Positions 35,586 through 48,790 of a stretch of DNA of 64,000 nt are shown here, in pieces. This stretch comes from Carcharhinus longimanus. Its lineage: Eukaryota. Location of the stretch: contig JASCQW010000001.1 of assembly GCA_030264375.1 (NCBI GenBank), forward strand, positions 103,273,616-103,337,615, in the 5' to 3' direction. Both the position numbers and the translations under genes were made by a program. The notes below the pieces were generated by a model. It searched no databases. It was not told the DNA's origin and worked only from the letters and a program-made list of their open reading frames with translations. Every line of letters begins with the position of its first letter. Position 1 is the first letter of the stretch.

Positions 35586-36724
35586 GTGCACATTACATTT
35601 GTAAACAAACAAGAAACACATCAACAGCATATTCTTCTATTACAGCTTCTTCACAGAGTCAATCATTCTTGGATAAATAGACTACCTGCTGAGCTATTGA
35701 AACTTAGCCAAGCATTCATAATGGCTACAACAATCATGACAACATTTTTGACCTACATAGACTAAAACTGTCCAAAGAGAATGGTGTCCCATTTCAATTT
35801 CAAAGCATTGTAACTATCAACAAATGGAGAAGAACAGTTATGTTTCCAACTTTCAAAAGCATGTCATATTTTTATTACCAGAGCACAAAACATGACAGCA
35901 GAGGCTGACAAGATTTTAAGTTTTTAATGTGGTATGTCACAATCTTCAGTGGAAAATGTACTGGAATGTATGTCAACACTTACACAAAAGTGGTCAATAT
36001 AAGAATCAATTTACCTTCGCTGGATGATCCCTGTGATGAATCACTGCATTAATATCCATCTATGTTACAACAGCGTGCTTAATAGCGACATTTGCTAGCA
36101 AAACATTTTATGTATATCTTTCAGGAAGTGTCTGATTCTTCAGCAGGCTTATGCCAGTGGTCACAATCTTTTGATGGAGGTGCATCTTTTCCTGGCTTTC
36201 AAAACCCATACCAGCATATGAAAACATGTGCAGAGGGAAATGCAATTTTCCTGTGTTTCCTCACAATGGGGACATCCAATCTTGGAAGAAGTGCATGCAC
36301 ATTTTGCAGCCAAGGCCTTCTATTCACAAGAAGGCAACATGAAAAAGGCATGGAGTTGGGAAGGTAGAGGAGTTACTTTTCCTAACTAGACAAATTCAGT
36401 GTTTCACGGCATGCTTTACCTCTCCAGTGGGGGATGAAAATCAGGCTCAAGCTCTAAAGTCCTATTAGAAAATACAAAGGATATGTTTCTCTAGCCTCCT
36501 CTCAACCTTCTTCTTGGCTGCAGGAGGCACTGCACATTCCCTGTCAATGGGAATTCCTGCAGAAGCCACCTCACACCACTGGGACACTGGTAGCAGGGGG
36601 TACATCGCGGATAGGACCAGAGAATCCATGGTCAAAATATTTCACACAGCACAATGACAGTGCCATCAAATCTTTATTAGCCAAAAGTACCTCAATTTCA
36701 TTTTTTATGCTTACAAATCTTAGG

Positions 36725-37455
36725 ATCATAGAATCATGGAATAGTTACAACACAGGAGGCCATTCAGTCTGTCAAGCCTGTTTTGGTTCTCTGTAAAAGC
36801 TACTCAGGCTAGCTCAGTCCTTTTGTCTTTTCTCTTCAACTGCTTATCCAATTCCCTTTGGAAAGTTCTGATTCAATTTGCCTTCACCACATTCTCAGAC
36901 AGTGTACTCCAGTAACTCCTTGCTGTGTAAAATTGTTTCCCCTCATACTGCCTCTGGTTCTTTTGCCAATTACCTTAAATTAGTGTCCTTTGCTTCTCCA
37001 CTCTTTCATCAATGGGGAATAACTTCTTCCGATCTACTCAGTCCAGATTCCCCTTGATGTGAAACACCTCCAACAAATCTCCTCTCAACCTTCTCTTGGC
37101 CCAACAGAACACTCCCAGCTTTGCCAATCTACCCATGTAACTGATGTCTCTCATCCCTGGGACCAATCTCATGCATCTTTACTACATTCTTCATATTATC
37201 CCTAAAGTGCAGTGTTCAGAATTGGACACAACACTCCACCTGAGGCTGAAGCACTGTTTAAAAAGCTTCATGATAACTTCTTGGCCTGTATTTATAAAGC
37301 CCAGAATTTCCCATGTTTTATCAAGCACTTTCTCAGTCTATTCTTCAGTGATTTTTGCACATAATATCCCAGGTCCTTCTACACCCCTTTTGGAATCGTG
37401 TTTTTTGTCTTATATTGCCTTTCCTCAATCTTCCTACCAAAATGTACTGCTTCAT
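36725..37455 (-). mobile_element. CR1 LINE 3' fragment
   Basis: atcatagaatcatgga tail followed by the reverse of the CR1 ORF2 end. Confidence 0.7.
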
Positions 37456-38928
37456 GATTTAGCACATTGCATTTCAAAAGAGAACCTTTCTATCTTCTTC
37501 ATCTATTATATTGTGCTGTTGTAAATAGCAACTTAATCCCATACATTTAAATGATCACATTTTATAAATGTTAGTCTTGGAAATGTAACCTTGTCCAGTT
37601 AGTGTGATCCTGTCAGAAACACCAGTCAATCAGCAGATTTGATTTTTCAATGTTCTTTCCTCCTTTCCAGAAGGTGGTGAGACATGCCAGGGTATGACTG
37701 TTTGTGCTTGCTTACATATAGCGATTGGGAATTATTTATCAAGCCTGCTATGGATATTTTCCTGACTTCAGAGGCGTCAGTCACCCAGTCTATACACAGT
37801 ATGAACATCTAACTTGACAGTAGCTGACTCACATTGTCCTGCATTAATTGACACAAAGTGTAATCCAGGAACGTAATAGTATTCTGTTCTGATCTTGACT
37901 AGATATTTAGGCCTTTCACAAGTGAGTTTTTCTCCAATCTCATCAAACACTTGGAGAAAGAAGTCTTGATTTGAGTCACTAAGCTGCTTTAATTCAGAGA
38001 AAGTGATACTTGGGAGCATCAGTTATGATCAACTTCACTTAATTCAATAAATGCAATTTATCTTTGTGCATCAATACAAAATAATGAATAAGCTACAGAC
38101 CCCACACCAGAATGCAGGAACGCCAGCAGGGACTCAAGATTCAGAAGGCGCAGAACTCGCCGGTGATGTTATAGGCATGAATCTGATTTATAAACATTTC
38201 AATTTATTTTAATATTACTACATGCCTTGTTGATGCAGTTTACAAGTTCACCAGGTGAGTGTAGCCTCCATGGGAAAGGGTCATGTCCAAGCAGTATCCT
38301 AGCAACACCCCCTGATACAGGTTGGCACTACCAGGTTGGTATCATGCTCATGCTATTTTGGTAATGTCACCGTGGCAGGCTCTGACATGGGGAGGGAAAG
38401 GGGCTGATGACTGAACAAGGGTTGCTTGGGGAGGAAGGTGCTGATGATTGGTAGGGAAAAGGGCTAATGATCTTGAATGGGAGGGAGGGGGCTGACACCT
38501 CTGAGGTGAGCTGGGGGAAAAGGTTTATTGCTGTTCTGATCAGCCTTAGTGTAGCCGGGCCCTGCTGGTGTGTTGAGGCGTCGCCGCCTCCCTCCACCCA
38601 ATTCCGTATGACAACGTGAAACATGCTCCCTTGATTTTTGTCAGCAGAATGTCGCAAGATAGAATCATAGAAAATCATAGAGCAACACAGCATGGAAATG
38701 GCCTTTTGCCCAACAGGTCCATGCTGACTATTGTGCCCTCCCAGCTAGTCCCAATTGCCCGTGTTTGGCCTATATCCCTCTAATCCTTTCCCTTCCATGT
38801 ACCTAAAAGAATCATGGGGCAAGATAGCATGGAAAATGTGGAAAGAAAAATGAACTGCTTCTCTGGACATATCACTTCTATTTACTATGTAGCTTATGTA
38901 ATTAGGGGAAAACATAAGTGGCAAGCAT

Positions 38929-39205
38929 GGTCGGTGCTGGGGCCTCAGCTATTTGCCATTTATATAGATGATCTGGAGGAGGGAACCGAGTGTAGGGTGT
39001 CGAAATTTGCTGATGACACCAAGATTGGGGGANNNNNNNNNNNNNNNNNNNNNNNNNNNNNNNNNNNNNNNNNNNNNNNNNNNNNNNNNNNNNNNNNNNN
39101 NNNNNNNNNNNNNNNNNNNNNNNNNNNNNNNNTCTTATTGAATGGCGGGGCAGGCTCGAAGGGCCAGATGGCCTACTCCTGCTCCTATTTCTTATGTTCT
39201 TATGA
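38929..39205 (+). mobile_element. Young CR1 LINE (gap-collapsed)
   Basis: [34 protein letters not shown], then a gap, then the CR1 tail ttcttatgttcttatg. Confidence 0.85.
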
Positions 39206-40082
39206 GCAAGATTAATTTATACAAGCAAAGCTAATCAATCAGCTGAGTTGTCAGCTCATCTCATCTCCATTATCTGATTTAAAATTCTAACTTTTGGATC
39301 TCCCACAGTATTATAGAGCCAAAGGACTTTCAATTCTTTTTGACAGACTTTCCAACTATGCATGCAGATACAAAAAAGGTCAATTCTACTAATGGACAAC
39401 CAACTTTACAAATAATACATTCGGCCTAAAGATTTGTACAATACTTGCTGCAGAAAGCATACTTCTTGTTTGGGCTGCCTTTTCTGTTTCTCTCTCTTTT
39501 TGCAAAGCTCATCTCACCGTGGGATTTGTGTTTTCTGTCAATACAGAGTAAGAACAAGGCAAGAGGCAGCGATTGAGGATGAACCATTCAAAGAATTATA
39601 GCAGTAATAGAAGCTCTCAGTTAGAACAAGCCGGACTGAGTAAGACAGCTATAGAAATGACAGGATTTAGCAATAAAAAACAGGTCATAAAATTGACAAA
39701 GGAGACTCCAAATGAATGCATGTGACCTGCATAAAATGAGGGGAGGTTAATTTATTTATTTAATAACTTTGAGCACGAGAACTCTAAGCTTGTATTCCCA
39801 GTGTTCCCAAAATAATCCAGTCCCATGGTGCCCAGTGCATGTGGAAAGCTTCAAGCACAACTGCGAACACAGACACTGCTGCTGCTGCTGCTCCTGCTCC
39901 TGCTCCAGGGCTAGCCAAGCATGGACATGACGCCAGTGTGATCCATTCCACCCCTCTTTGCCACTTGGCTGGAAACAGGCTCGTAAGCAAGTCCTTCAGA
40001 TTACCCAACACTTTTAGCTCCAAATTGAGGTTCAACCAACTTAAATAATGCAAAAAGTATTCTTATCTCTCCCATTCAAAAT

Positions 40083-40385
40083 GAGCAGCATGATGGCACA
40101 GTGATTAGCACTACTGCCTCGCAGCTCCAGAGACCCAAGTTTAATTCCGGCCTCGGGTCACTGTCTGTGTGGAGTTTGCACATTCTCCCTTTGTATGCAT
40201 AGGTTTCCTCCCACAGTCTGAAGATGTGCGCGTTATGTTAATTGACCATGATAAACTGCTCCTTAGCATCAGGGTGATTAGCAGGGTAAATATACAGGAT
40301 TATGGGAATAGGGCCTGGGTGGGATTGTTGTCATTGCAGGTTTGATGGGCCAAATGACCTCTTTCTACATTATAGGGATTCTAGA
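40083..40385 (+). mobile_element. HE1 / V-SINE
   Basis: Full head, V-domain and tail pattern. Confidence 0.85.
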
Positions 40386-42812
40386 GGGCCAGTTCCTAGC
40401 TTAGCCTAAAAGATTTTCTTAGTCTTACACCATCTGTGTGATGGCAATGTTCTGTACCTTTGGTTTAACTCAAACAATGTAGGCCAAACCTCCCTCTGAA
40501 ATAAGAGGCTGACAAATCTGTAATCTTTTTTTCCCCCACACACAGTAATCATTTTATTGTACCTTTTGATCAGAGTAGCTGGAAAATGATTTTCCTTCAG
40601 TAGTTGTGTGACAGGGCTGTCAAAAGTAATTGCATGGTTTAAGTTCAATCAATCTCTACCATTTAAACAATTATCTGAGAACTCTAGGATATACATGTAG
40701 ATTATAAAGTTATAACATTGGAATCAGCAGCAAAAAATCTCACTGTAAGATTAAAAATGCCTGTAATTGAAAAAATGTTAATTATGGCAAGTGAACTCTC
40801 AATTCAAAACAAAAGATGAAAATGTGAACTCCTTATTTTACAACTCTGGAAACTTGGTGGCCGTAATCAGAGTACCAACTTCATCAACAATTTTATACAA
40901 GAGCCCCCACTTTCTATTAGTAGCCTGGAGGCTCACTAGTAGCTGATATGGATTAAAAAATTGGTCACCTGAATCATGCAAGGCTCCATTTTCCACGATG
41001 CGATTTGGAGGCAGAAAATGAGGCAATGCCATTGGCAATTGTTATTCATTTAGATATAATAACATAATGAAGGTGCCTCACCTTATACTTCACCACCAAC
41101 AGCAGGACTGCCTAGTCGTCAGAAGCAAAATGATATNNNNNNNNNNNNNNNNNCTGTTTTGTTATTGTGAACAAATCGTTCCCCTCTCTGTCACTGTTAT
41201 TACTTCCCTAATAATGGTGAGCTGCAGCCCTTTGATAGTTGGCCCTCTCCAGACATCAAACAAAATTGTCTCCTGTTGATTTATATCTCAGAATGTGTCG
41301 ACATGATTCTGAGATGAAAGCAAAATGGACTGTGGATGCAAGACATTCCTACTTCCCCGTCCCGGGAATACACAGGGAAAATGGGTTAGAACTGACCGAA
41401 GCCCAAAAACAAACCTTTTGTTGCGACGAACCAAGGGGACATAATAAAGAGCCCATTCCTCCTCACCCTGTCGTAACAAAATATTTAAAAATTTAGAAAG
41501 GCTGACCTTTTAAAATTGTGATACATTTCTCAGAAGTATTCTGCTAGGTTCATGCTCTCACTGTTTGGCTGCAACAGGATGTAGCTTTTTATAATTATAT
41601 CACCACATCAAAAGAATGCTTGGTTCCCCTCCCACCGCAGAGAAATGAGGATATAAAACTTGCCTTTAGTCTTCTGAACATTTCTTTATACAGTGCTCTA
41701 GGCACCTGACTTAGCAGACTGTGTGCGATGTCTGTCCCAAAGCATTATATCACGAGACAGTAAGAGTAACAATGATGGAGAAGCAATGGCCATTCCACTT
41801 ACAATTCCAATCACAATCGGACTTCTTTTTATATTGGAGAAAAGTTGTTCACATGCCTTTAGAGACAATCTACACAATTTAAACAATGACTTTTCCTTGC
41901 ATTGGGCTGGAGATTTCAATCTCTTTAGTTCATGGATTTCGATGTTGAACATAGTTCTTTTTAACTTGCATGCCACTTCAACAACCAATAGCTAAAAGTA
42001 ATTTCCTAATTAAGTTCCATATAAGCAGGGTTACAGCCATTTAACATACATGCAGTACCATTTAATAGAAAGAGGATGATACCATATAGCTCAACAAAAT
42101 AGCCTTGCAGGTGTTATTTTTTAATCAATGTGTACATTTCTGTGATACATCCTAATAATGTGTGTTTGTTGACATAAATTATGAAAAGACTGAAGTAATG
42201 CAAAATATGGGTAAATTTCTGAGACTCAACCCCTCAACTAATTTAAAAATTCCATAAATCTAAATCAAAACTAAAGACATTATATCCTTTTGTGATCATG
42301 GGCCTATACTTTACTCATTTCCTTAAAACAGCACTTCATTTGTTGGCCTTTTATCTTAATGAAGGGATATATGAAGTTACTTCCTAAATTATTGCTACTT
42401 CCACATCTTTACCACAGGTAACTGACCTGTAAATCTATGAAGCAGTTATGTCGTTGTAAGTAATCTTACCAAAGGCTGTAAGGCTTGTCACTGGTGAGTG
42501 TGCACACTGAGAACTTGTAGGGTACCTGCCACTGGAAGCTTGCTGGATAACTTAGCAGAGGCTTTGCTAGCCAGATGAAACTGTAGTGGTGTCAGGACAC
42601 TCCTGGGACAAAGTTTAATTATTCACAGCAACCCCCGTGCAATATTAAAAATTCTAAATTTAATTGAATCTTCAATTTTCATGGGTACAATCCCCAGTTG
42701 CAATTTTTAATGTCAGTGGTTTCAATGGCTACTCATCAGCTGATCAGTGTGACAAATTCCAATAAAGGTCTGTGACAAGGTGGGTGTTCTATTTGTAATT
42801 TTCTGGCCTTCT

Positions 42813-43415
42813 GGGCGGCACGGTAGCACAGTGGTTAGCACTGCTGCTTCACAGCTCCAGGGACCGGGGTTCAATTCCTGGCTTGGGTCACTGTCTGTGT
42901 GGAGTTTGCACATTCTCCTTGTGTCTGCGTGGGTTTCCTCCGGNNNNNNNNNNNNNNNNNNNNNNNNNNNNNNNNNNNNNNNNNNNNNNNNNNNNNNNNN
43001 NNNNNNNNNNNNNNNNNNNNNNNNNNNNNNNNNNNNNNNNNNNGAGTATATGGGGTTTAATGAGATTGAGGGTTATAGATAGGTCTATAGATTGGTAGGT
43101 GTTGATGTGATCGGCGCAACAGGCCGAAGGGCCTGTTTGTGCTGTAGTGTTCTATGTTCTATGTTCTATATGGACTCTTCTGCAATGTCAAGCTTGCCTT
43201 CCTGGAAATGACCCTGTAGCAGCCAACAGTGTTTCAGAGGGACTGGAACTCCACACAAAGTGGCTAGGTTGATTGGCCATGTGAAGTTGTCCCTTAATGC
43301 CAGGGGGACTAGCAGGGTAAGTGTGTGGCGTTTCAGGGGTAGGGCCCGGGTGGGATTGTTATCAGTGCAGGCCTGCTAGGCTGAATGGCCTCGTTCTGCA
43401 CTGTAGGGATTCAAT
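42813..43415 (+). mobile_element. HE1 5' half, gap, CR1 tail (43044-43170) and an HE1 3' half (43250-43415)
   Basis: gggcggcacggtagcacagtggttagc head; (ttctatg)n tail; ggctaggttgattggccatg..gggattcaatgat. Confidence 0.75.
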
Positions 43416-43976
43416 GATGATGAGAAAGTTATTTAATTTCTTGATTGGACACTGTGGATCCCTGGTGCATATGTTGCTTTCTATCCATTTAATGGTAAGT
43501 TTGGAGAGGGTTCCTAAAACAGTGTTAGAACCCTGATTTGCATATTCAAGGTGCCTAATGTCGGTTTCAGGTGGTCGCCTGCATCACTACTTTCAACTTG
43601 GTCATCGAGGAAGTTTGGGTGAACGTTTATGATTTTGGTACACTAGTGAAGAGAATAAATTCTGATATGTGGATACATTTCTTCAGTTTTAGGTAGAACA
43701 TGGAATAGACAATGCTTATTGCCTTTATGTTTATGGTCTTGATTTATCAGTTCTACAAAAGACTGACATAACCAAAAATATGGATGTCAATCAGAAATAA
43801 CAATTAATTAAACACAAAATCCTGACTAAAGAGAAAAGTCACAATATTAACCCAACTCACTCAATGAGAAGCAGTTGGGATTGGGTGGAAGACTGGTTTT
43901 ACAGCCTGGATGATTTTCTCTTCAAAGGCCTGATTGGTTTCAAAATTGCCTCAACAAATTAGGCAATGATATTCTG

Positions 43977-45115
43977 TCATAGAGTCATTGAGGTTTACAG
44001 CATGGAAACAGGCCCTTTGGCCCAACCTGTCCATGCCGCCCTTTTTTTAAAAACTCCTAAGCTAATCCTAATTGCTTGCGTTTAGCCCATATCCCTCTAT
44101 ACCTATCAACCCATGTAACTATCTAAATGCATATTAAAAGATAAAATTGTACCCGTCTCTACTACTACCTCTGACAGCTTGTTCCAGATACTCACCACCC
44201 TTTGTGTGAAAAAATTGCCCCTCTGGACACTTTTATATCTCTCTCCTCTCACTTTAAACCTATGCCCTCTAGTTTTAAACTCCCCTACCTTTGGGANNNN
44301 NNNNNNNNNNNNNNNNNNNNNNNNNNNNNNNNNNNNNNNNNNNNNNNNNNNNNNNNNNNNNNNNNNNNNNNNNNNNNNNNNNNNNNNNNNNNNNNNNNNN
44401 NNNNNNNNNNNNNNNNNNNNNNNNNNNNNNNNNNNNNNNNNNNNNNNNNNNNNNNNNNNNNNNNNNNNNNNNNNNNNNNNNNNNNNNNNNNNNNNNNNNN
44501 NNNNNNNNNNNNNNNNNNNNNNNNNNNNNNNNNNNNNNNNNNNNNNNNNNNNNNNNNNNNNNNNNNNNNNNNNNNNNNNNNNNNNNNNNNNNNNNNNNNN
44601 NNNNNNNNNNNNNNNNNNNNNNNNNNNNNNNNNNNNNNNNNNNNNNNNNNNNNNNNNNNNNNNNNNNNNNNNNNNNNNNNNNNNNNNNNNNNNNNNNNNN
44701 NNNNNNNNNNNNNNNNNNNNNNNNNNNNNNNNNNNNNNNNNNNNNNNNNNNNNNNNNNNNNNNNNNNNNNNNNNNNNNNNNNNNNNNNNNNNNNNNNNNN
44801 NNNNNNNNNNNNNNNNNNNNNNNNNNNNNNNNNNNNNNNNNNNNNNNNNNNNNNNNNNNNNNNNNNNNNNNNNNNNNNNNNNNNNNNNNNNNNNNNNNNN
44901 NNNNNNNNNNNNNNNNNNNNNNNNNNNNNNNNNNNNNNNNNNTAACAGTGGGCTATGCACTGATCCCTGAGGCATATCACTGGTCACAGGCCTTCAGTTT
45001 GAAAAACAACCCTCTACAACCACCCTCTGGATTCTGTCAAGAAGTCAATTTTGTATCCATTTAGATACCTCACTCTGGATCCCATGAGATTTAACTTTAT
45101 GCCAGAAACTATCAT
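43977..45115 (-). mobile_element. CR1 LINE, mostly in a gap
   Basis: KTRGHRFKVRGERYKSVQRGNFFTQRVVSIWNKL and TSDMPQGSV.SPLL flank the N run. Confidence 0.85.
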
Positions 45116-45887
45116 GCTTATTCTGTGCTTCAAATATAATGATAAACTTTAAGGAATTGCATACCTGTGGTTTTATTAGCAGGGAGCCACACTAGTTGTG
45201 AATTTTTAAAACTGAATACTATGTGCAAAAATTACAGTTTGGACACTGTCAGCACCCAATTTCTGATCTAATAATGCCCTTTGTAGATACAACTATGATG
45301 TTCTGGTTCACCACTCACTGCCTAACATGCCAAACAAATATCACATTGTGTGAGTCACTAAAACTTGGACTGGACTAACAGTGCCAGAATAATGTATAGG
45401 CATTATTATTCCAGTCAGGCTTAAATTAAATCCCTTCATTGTGATTTTTCTAGAGTTAAGCTTCACACAATCTCAACATAAAATATTCTGTTATCTTCAT
45501 TTCTTTTCTCCCTTTCATTTTTTCTCTTCATCTCATTTAGCTTCACAGGCAGCTGAAGCTACTGGTACTTTGTTCCAGTGACTGTTCTTCATGCATGAAT
45601 GTGACAGCAGGGTATCTGACCATTCAAGAGGGAGTGTAATTTCCCTGAAGCTGACCCTCAGCTTGCCAATGCCGCTCATAGTCAGACACTTGCTTTCAAG
45701 GATTACTAGCTAACTATCAAGAGTTGCAAGAGCCTTGTCTAATCCTCCTTGTCTAAGAATGTGGCTAATTGGCTGCCAACGTCATAGAGGTGTCAGGCAC
45801 CTAATTCACCTCCCCAAAAATGGCTGGTCCTCTGTCCATTGTGAACTGAGTGTTGTCAAGCATAATAATTAAAAAAAAGTTTAATGA

Positions 45888-46185
45888 ATTTATTTTGTTT
45901 GTGTCACAAGCAGGCTTACATTAACACTGTAATAAATTTACTGTGAAAATCCCCTAGTCGTCGTACACTGGCACCTGTTCAGGTACACTGAGGGAAAATT
46001 TAGCATGGTCAATGCACCTAACCAGCACATCTTTCAGACTGCAGGAGGAAACTGGAGCACCCTGAGGAAACCTACGCAGACATGGGGAGAACATACAGAC
46101 TCTGCACTGACAGTGACCCAAGTTGGGAATCAAAGCTGGGTCCTTGGCATAGTGAGGCAGCAGTGCTAACCACTATGCTGCTATG
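45888..46185 (-). mobile_element. V-SINE variant with a different 3' tail
   Basis: HE1-type head and V-domain, but the tail is tgtcacaagcaggcttacattaacactg...ccctagtcg. Confidence 0.7.
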
Positions 46186-46449
46186 TTTTAACAATGTCAG
46201 CTGGATGAATACTTAACAGTAGTGCTGATAGTAGAAAAATTAGAACAACTTTATTGGTGTCATTTGGAAATTAAGAGAGTCTTTCAGTAAAGTTATGTTA
46301 AATATATAACTGGAAATAAAGTAATGTCTTCGGACATCCAGAGCTTATTCTCCTTCTTAATCAGTCCTCACAGTTGAAGGACCAAAANNNNNNNNNNGGG
46401 GGGGGGGGGTTGGGGGGGGGCTGGGGGCGGGGGGGGTGTGGAGTCCCTG

Positions 46450-47990
46450 GGTCACTACACATTCCTTTCACTGCAACACTTGGCTTAAGTTTGCCCTCGC
46501 TGATGGAACTCAGAGGCATTCAGTTCCTTCCTGAGTGCTTTTCCTCCACTTAAGGCAGCCTTGGGCCAGGTATTCCCAGACGTCGATGGGGATGTTGCAA
46601 TTCTTCAAGGATGCTTTGAGGGTGTCCTTAAATTGTTTCCTCTGCCCTCCTGTGCCATGATTCTTGGCCAACTGCTGGATCTCTGGTGTTTTCTCCACCC
46701 ACTACCTGTTCTTTAGGTAATGGATTTTTTGCTGGACCTCAGCCTTCAGCCGTCTGGAGAGCTGCTTTCTTGCTGTCACGTAGGGTTGCTGCTTCAGATT
46801 CAGAAAAGCCTTATGCTTGCGCTCATCAGCTCCTCGATCATCTGGTTATTCTCATTGAACCAGTCTTGGTCTTTCCTGGTCGAGTGACCAAACATCTCTT
46901 TGCAGCTGTTGATTTTGGAGGCTTTAAGGACAGACCACAGACTGTGGATACTACGTCTCTGGGTCTCAGTGAGGCATCAGTTTGGCAGTGAGGTGCTGGC
47001 TGGATAGGGTTCTATTATCTGCACCTTTGAGTACCTCCACACTGATTTTCATGAAGCATTGTTTCTATTTCCATTGCTGTTCTGGGGCTACATTGGTGTT
47101 GATCACAGAGTGGATGAGACTATAACCTGTCCAGCAGTCAGCAGCTCCTGTCATGATGCAAGTGATACGCATGTCCTTGTTGTCCCTTGCTCATTGAGTA
47201 GATGCCAGTGCTTTAAGTGAGGGTATTGCCATGAGGCCTTGCCCTTGTCTCTCTGACAGAACAAGGTGTTGGTTATGATGAGGCTATGTTCTAGGCATTT
47301 AGTCAGGAACATGGTGCTGCTGGTGATGGATTTTCCTGCCCTGCTCTCTGCTGATTATTCCTTCCCAAAAGTCAGCGTCCTTTCCAACTCTGGCATTGAA
47401 GTCACAAAGGAGGAACAACTTGTCACCCTTTGGGATTGTTCAAGTCTCAAGTAAAATTCCTCTTTGGACTTGTCTGCAGCTCCCAGTGTTGGGGTGTATG
47501 AGCTGCAGACTGTAGCGCATTGGATCTGGGCTGGGATGAGCTGGANNNNNNNNNNAGCATCATAAAATTTTCATCTATCTCACAACAGATGGCCAACTAG
47601 TTTGTTTTTAATGGTGAAACCAAACCTGTAGAGATGGTAATCTATTGGTTTACCTTTCCAGAAAGTGGTGTGACTGCTGCCTTGCTGCTTGAGCTGTCCT
47701 TCCCCTGCCTGCCGGATCTCGCTTAGAGCAGTGATGTCAATGTGGCAACACCTGAGCTCCCAGGTAGTGGTATGCTGTTCTGCTCTGTCATTGCTGGGGT
47801 TACCCAGGACGCTCCTGATGTTCCAGGTCCCAAACTTCATTTTAAGGAGTTGAAGCTGCCTATGCGTGAGTTCCTTTAACATGGGTCCCGTTGCACACCA
47901 GCTCCCACGTGGGTCCAACGTAATAAGGCCTTGGTCCAGTGGCAAGGAGGTCCCAAAATGACTGGAGACCAGGCTCCACTGGGCACCTCA
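46450..47990 (-). mobile_element. RTE-clade (BovB-like) LINE, internally deleted
   Basis: APE N-terminus MKFGTWNIRSVL.NP..DRAE....ELR..HIDITALSEIRQAGEGQLKQQG...TFWKGKP...FGFTIKN and RTE C-terminus GGQRKQFKDTLKASLKNCNIPIDVWEYLAQ...WR. No RT core seen between them. Confidence 0.8.
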
Positions 47991-48329
47991 CTCCATAGTG
48001 AAACACTGGGTCAAAATCCTGAAACTGCCTCCTTAACAGTTCTATGGCTGTCTCTACAGTCACTACAGTGACTACAGTGGTTCAANNNNNNNNNNNNNNN
48101 NNNNNNNNNNNNNNNNNNNNNNNNNNNNNNNNNNNNNNNNNNNNNNNNNNNNNNNNNNNNNNNNNNNNNNNNNNNNNNNNNNNNNTGGCTGTCTCTACAG
48201 TCACTACATTGACTACAGTGGTTCAAGAAGGCTGCTCACCACCTTCTCAAAGCAAATTAGGGGTGGAGAATAAACGCTGGCCTAGCAAGAGATGTCCACA
48301 TCCTATAAATAAATAAAAACCAAACATTT

Positions 48330-48790
48330 GTAAACCACAGCAACCACTGGGAAATCCCCCTGCTCTTCCTTCAATAGTGTCATAGAATTCCTTTCATCTA
48401 CTTGACAAGTCAGGTGGAGTTTCAGTTTAAGGTCATGTCTGAAAGAAAAGAGGCAGCCCACCCCCACTCTCCCACGTCCCCCAGCCATGTTTGGCGGCAG
48501 TGGAGGCAGCCCGCCTTTGACCCCCAGTGAGATCTTCTGGTCCTGCAATTTCAATGGGGGTTTCTATTGTCCGCACCCTCCGCCGTGGGGAATCTGCAGC
48601 AGGGGGTCACCGTCAGTTGGACCGGATGATCCCACTGGCAGGAATGACCAAAACATCCCATCCAACACCTCTCACAGCTTAGCACTCCCTCAGGACATTA
48701 TAATCTCAAGCTGCCTGAACAGCATTTGGACCCATGACTTTCACAGAGGTAAGGATATCCTACTATCCACTGAGCCAATGCTTACCCTTG
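48330..48790 (-). mobile_element. DeuSINE fragment interrupted by a MITE (48455-48660)
   Basis: tccccctgctcttccttcaatagtgtcatag..tcagtttaaggtcatgtctgaaaga is the reverse Deu domain; the head resumes after 48660. Confidence 0.55.

Noticed and set aside
39876-39906. (CTG)n/(CTCCTG)n tract inside short ORFs encoding AAAAAPAPAP
   Set aside because: A short microsatellite; the ORFs lack supporting splice or homology evidence.
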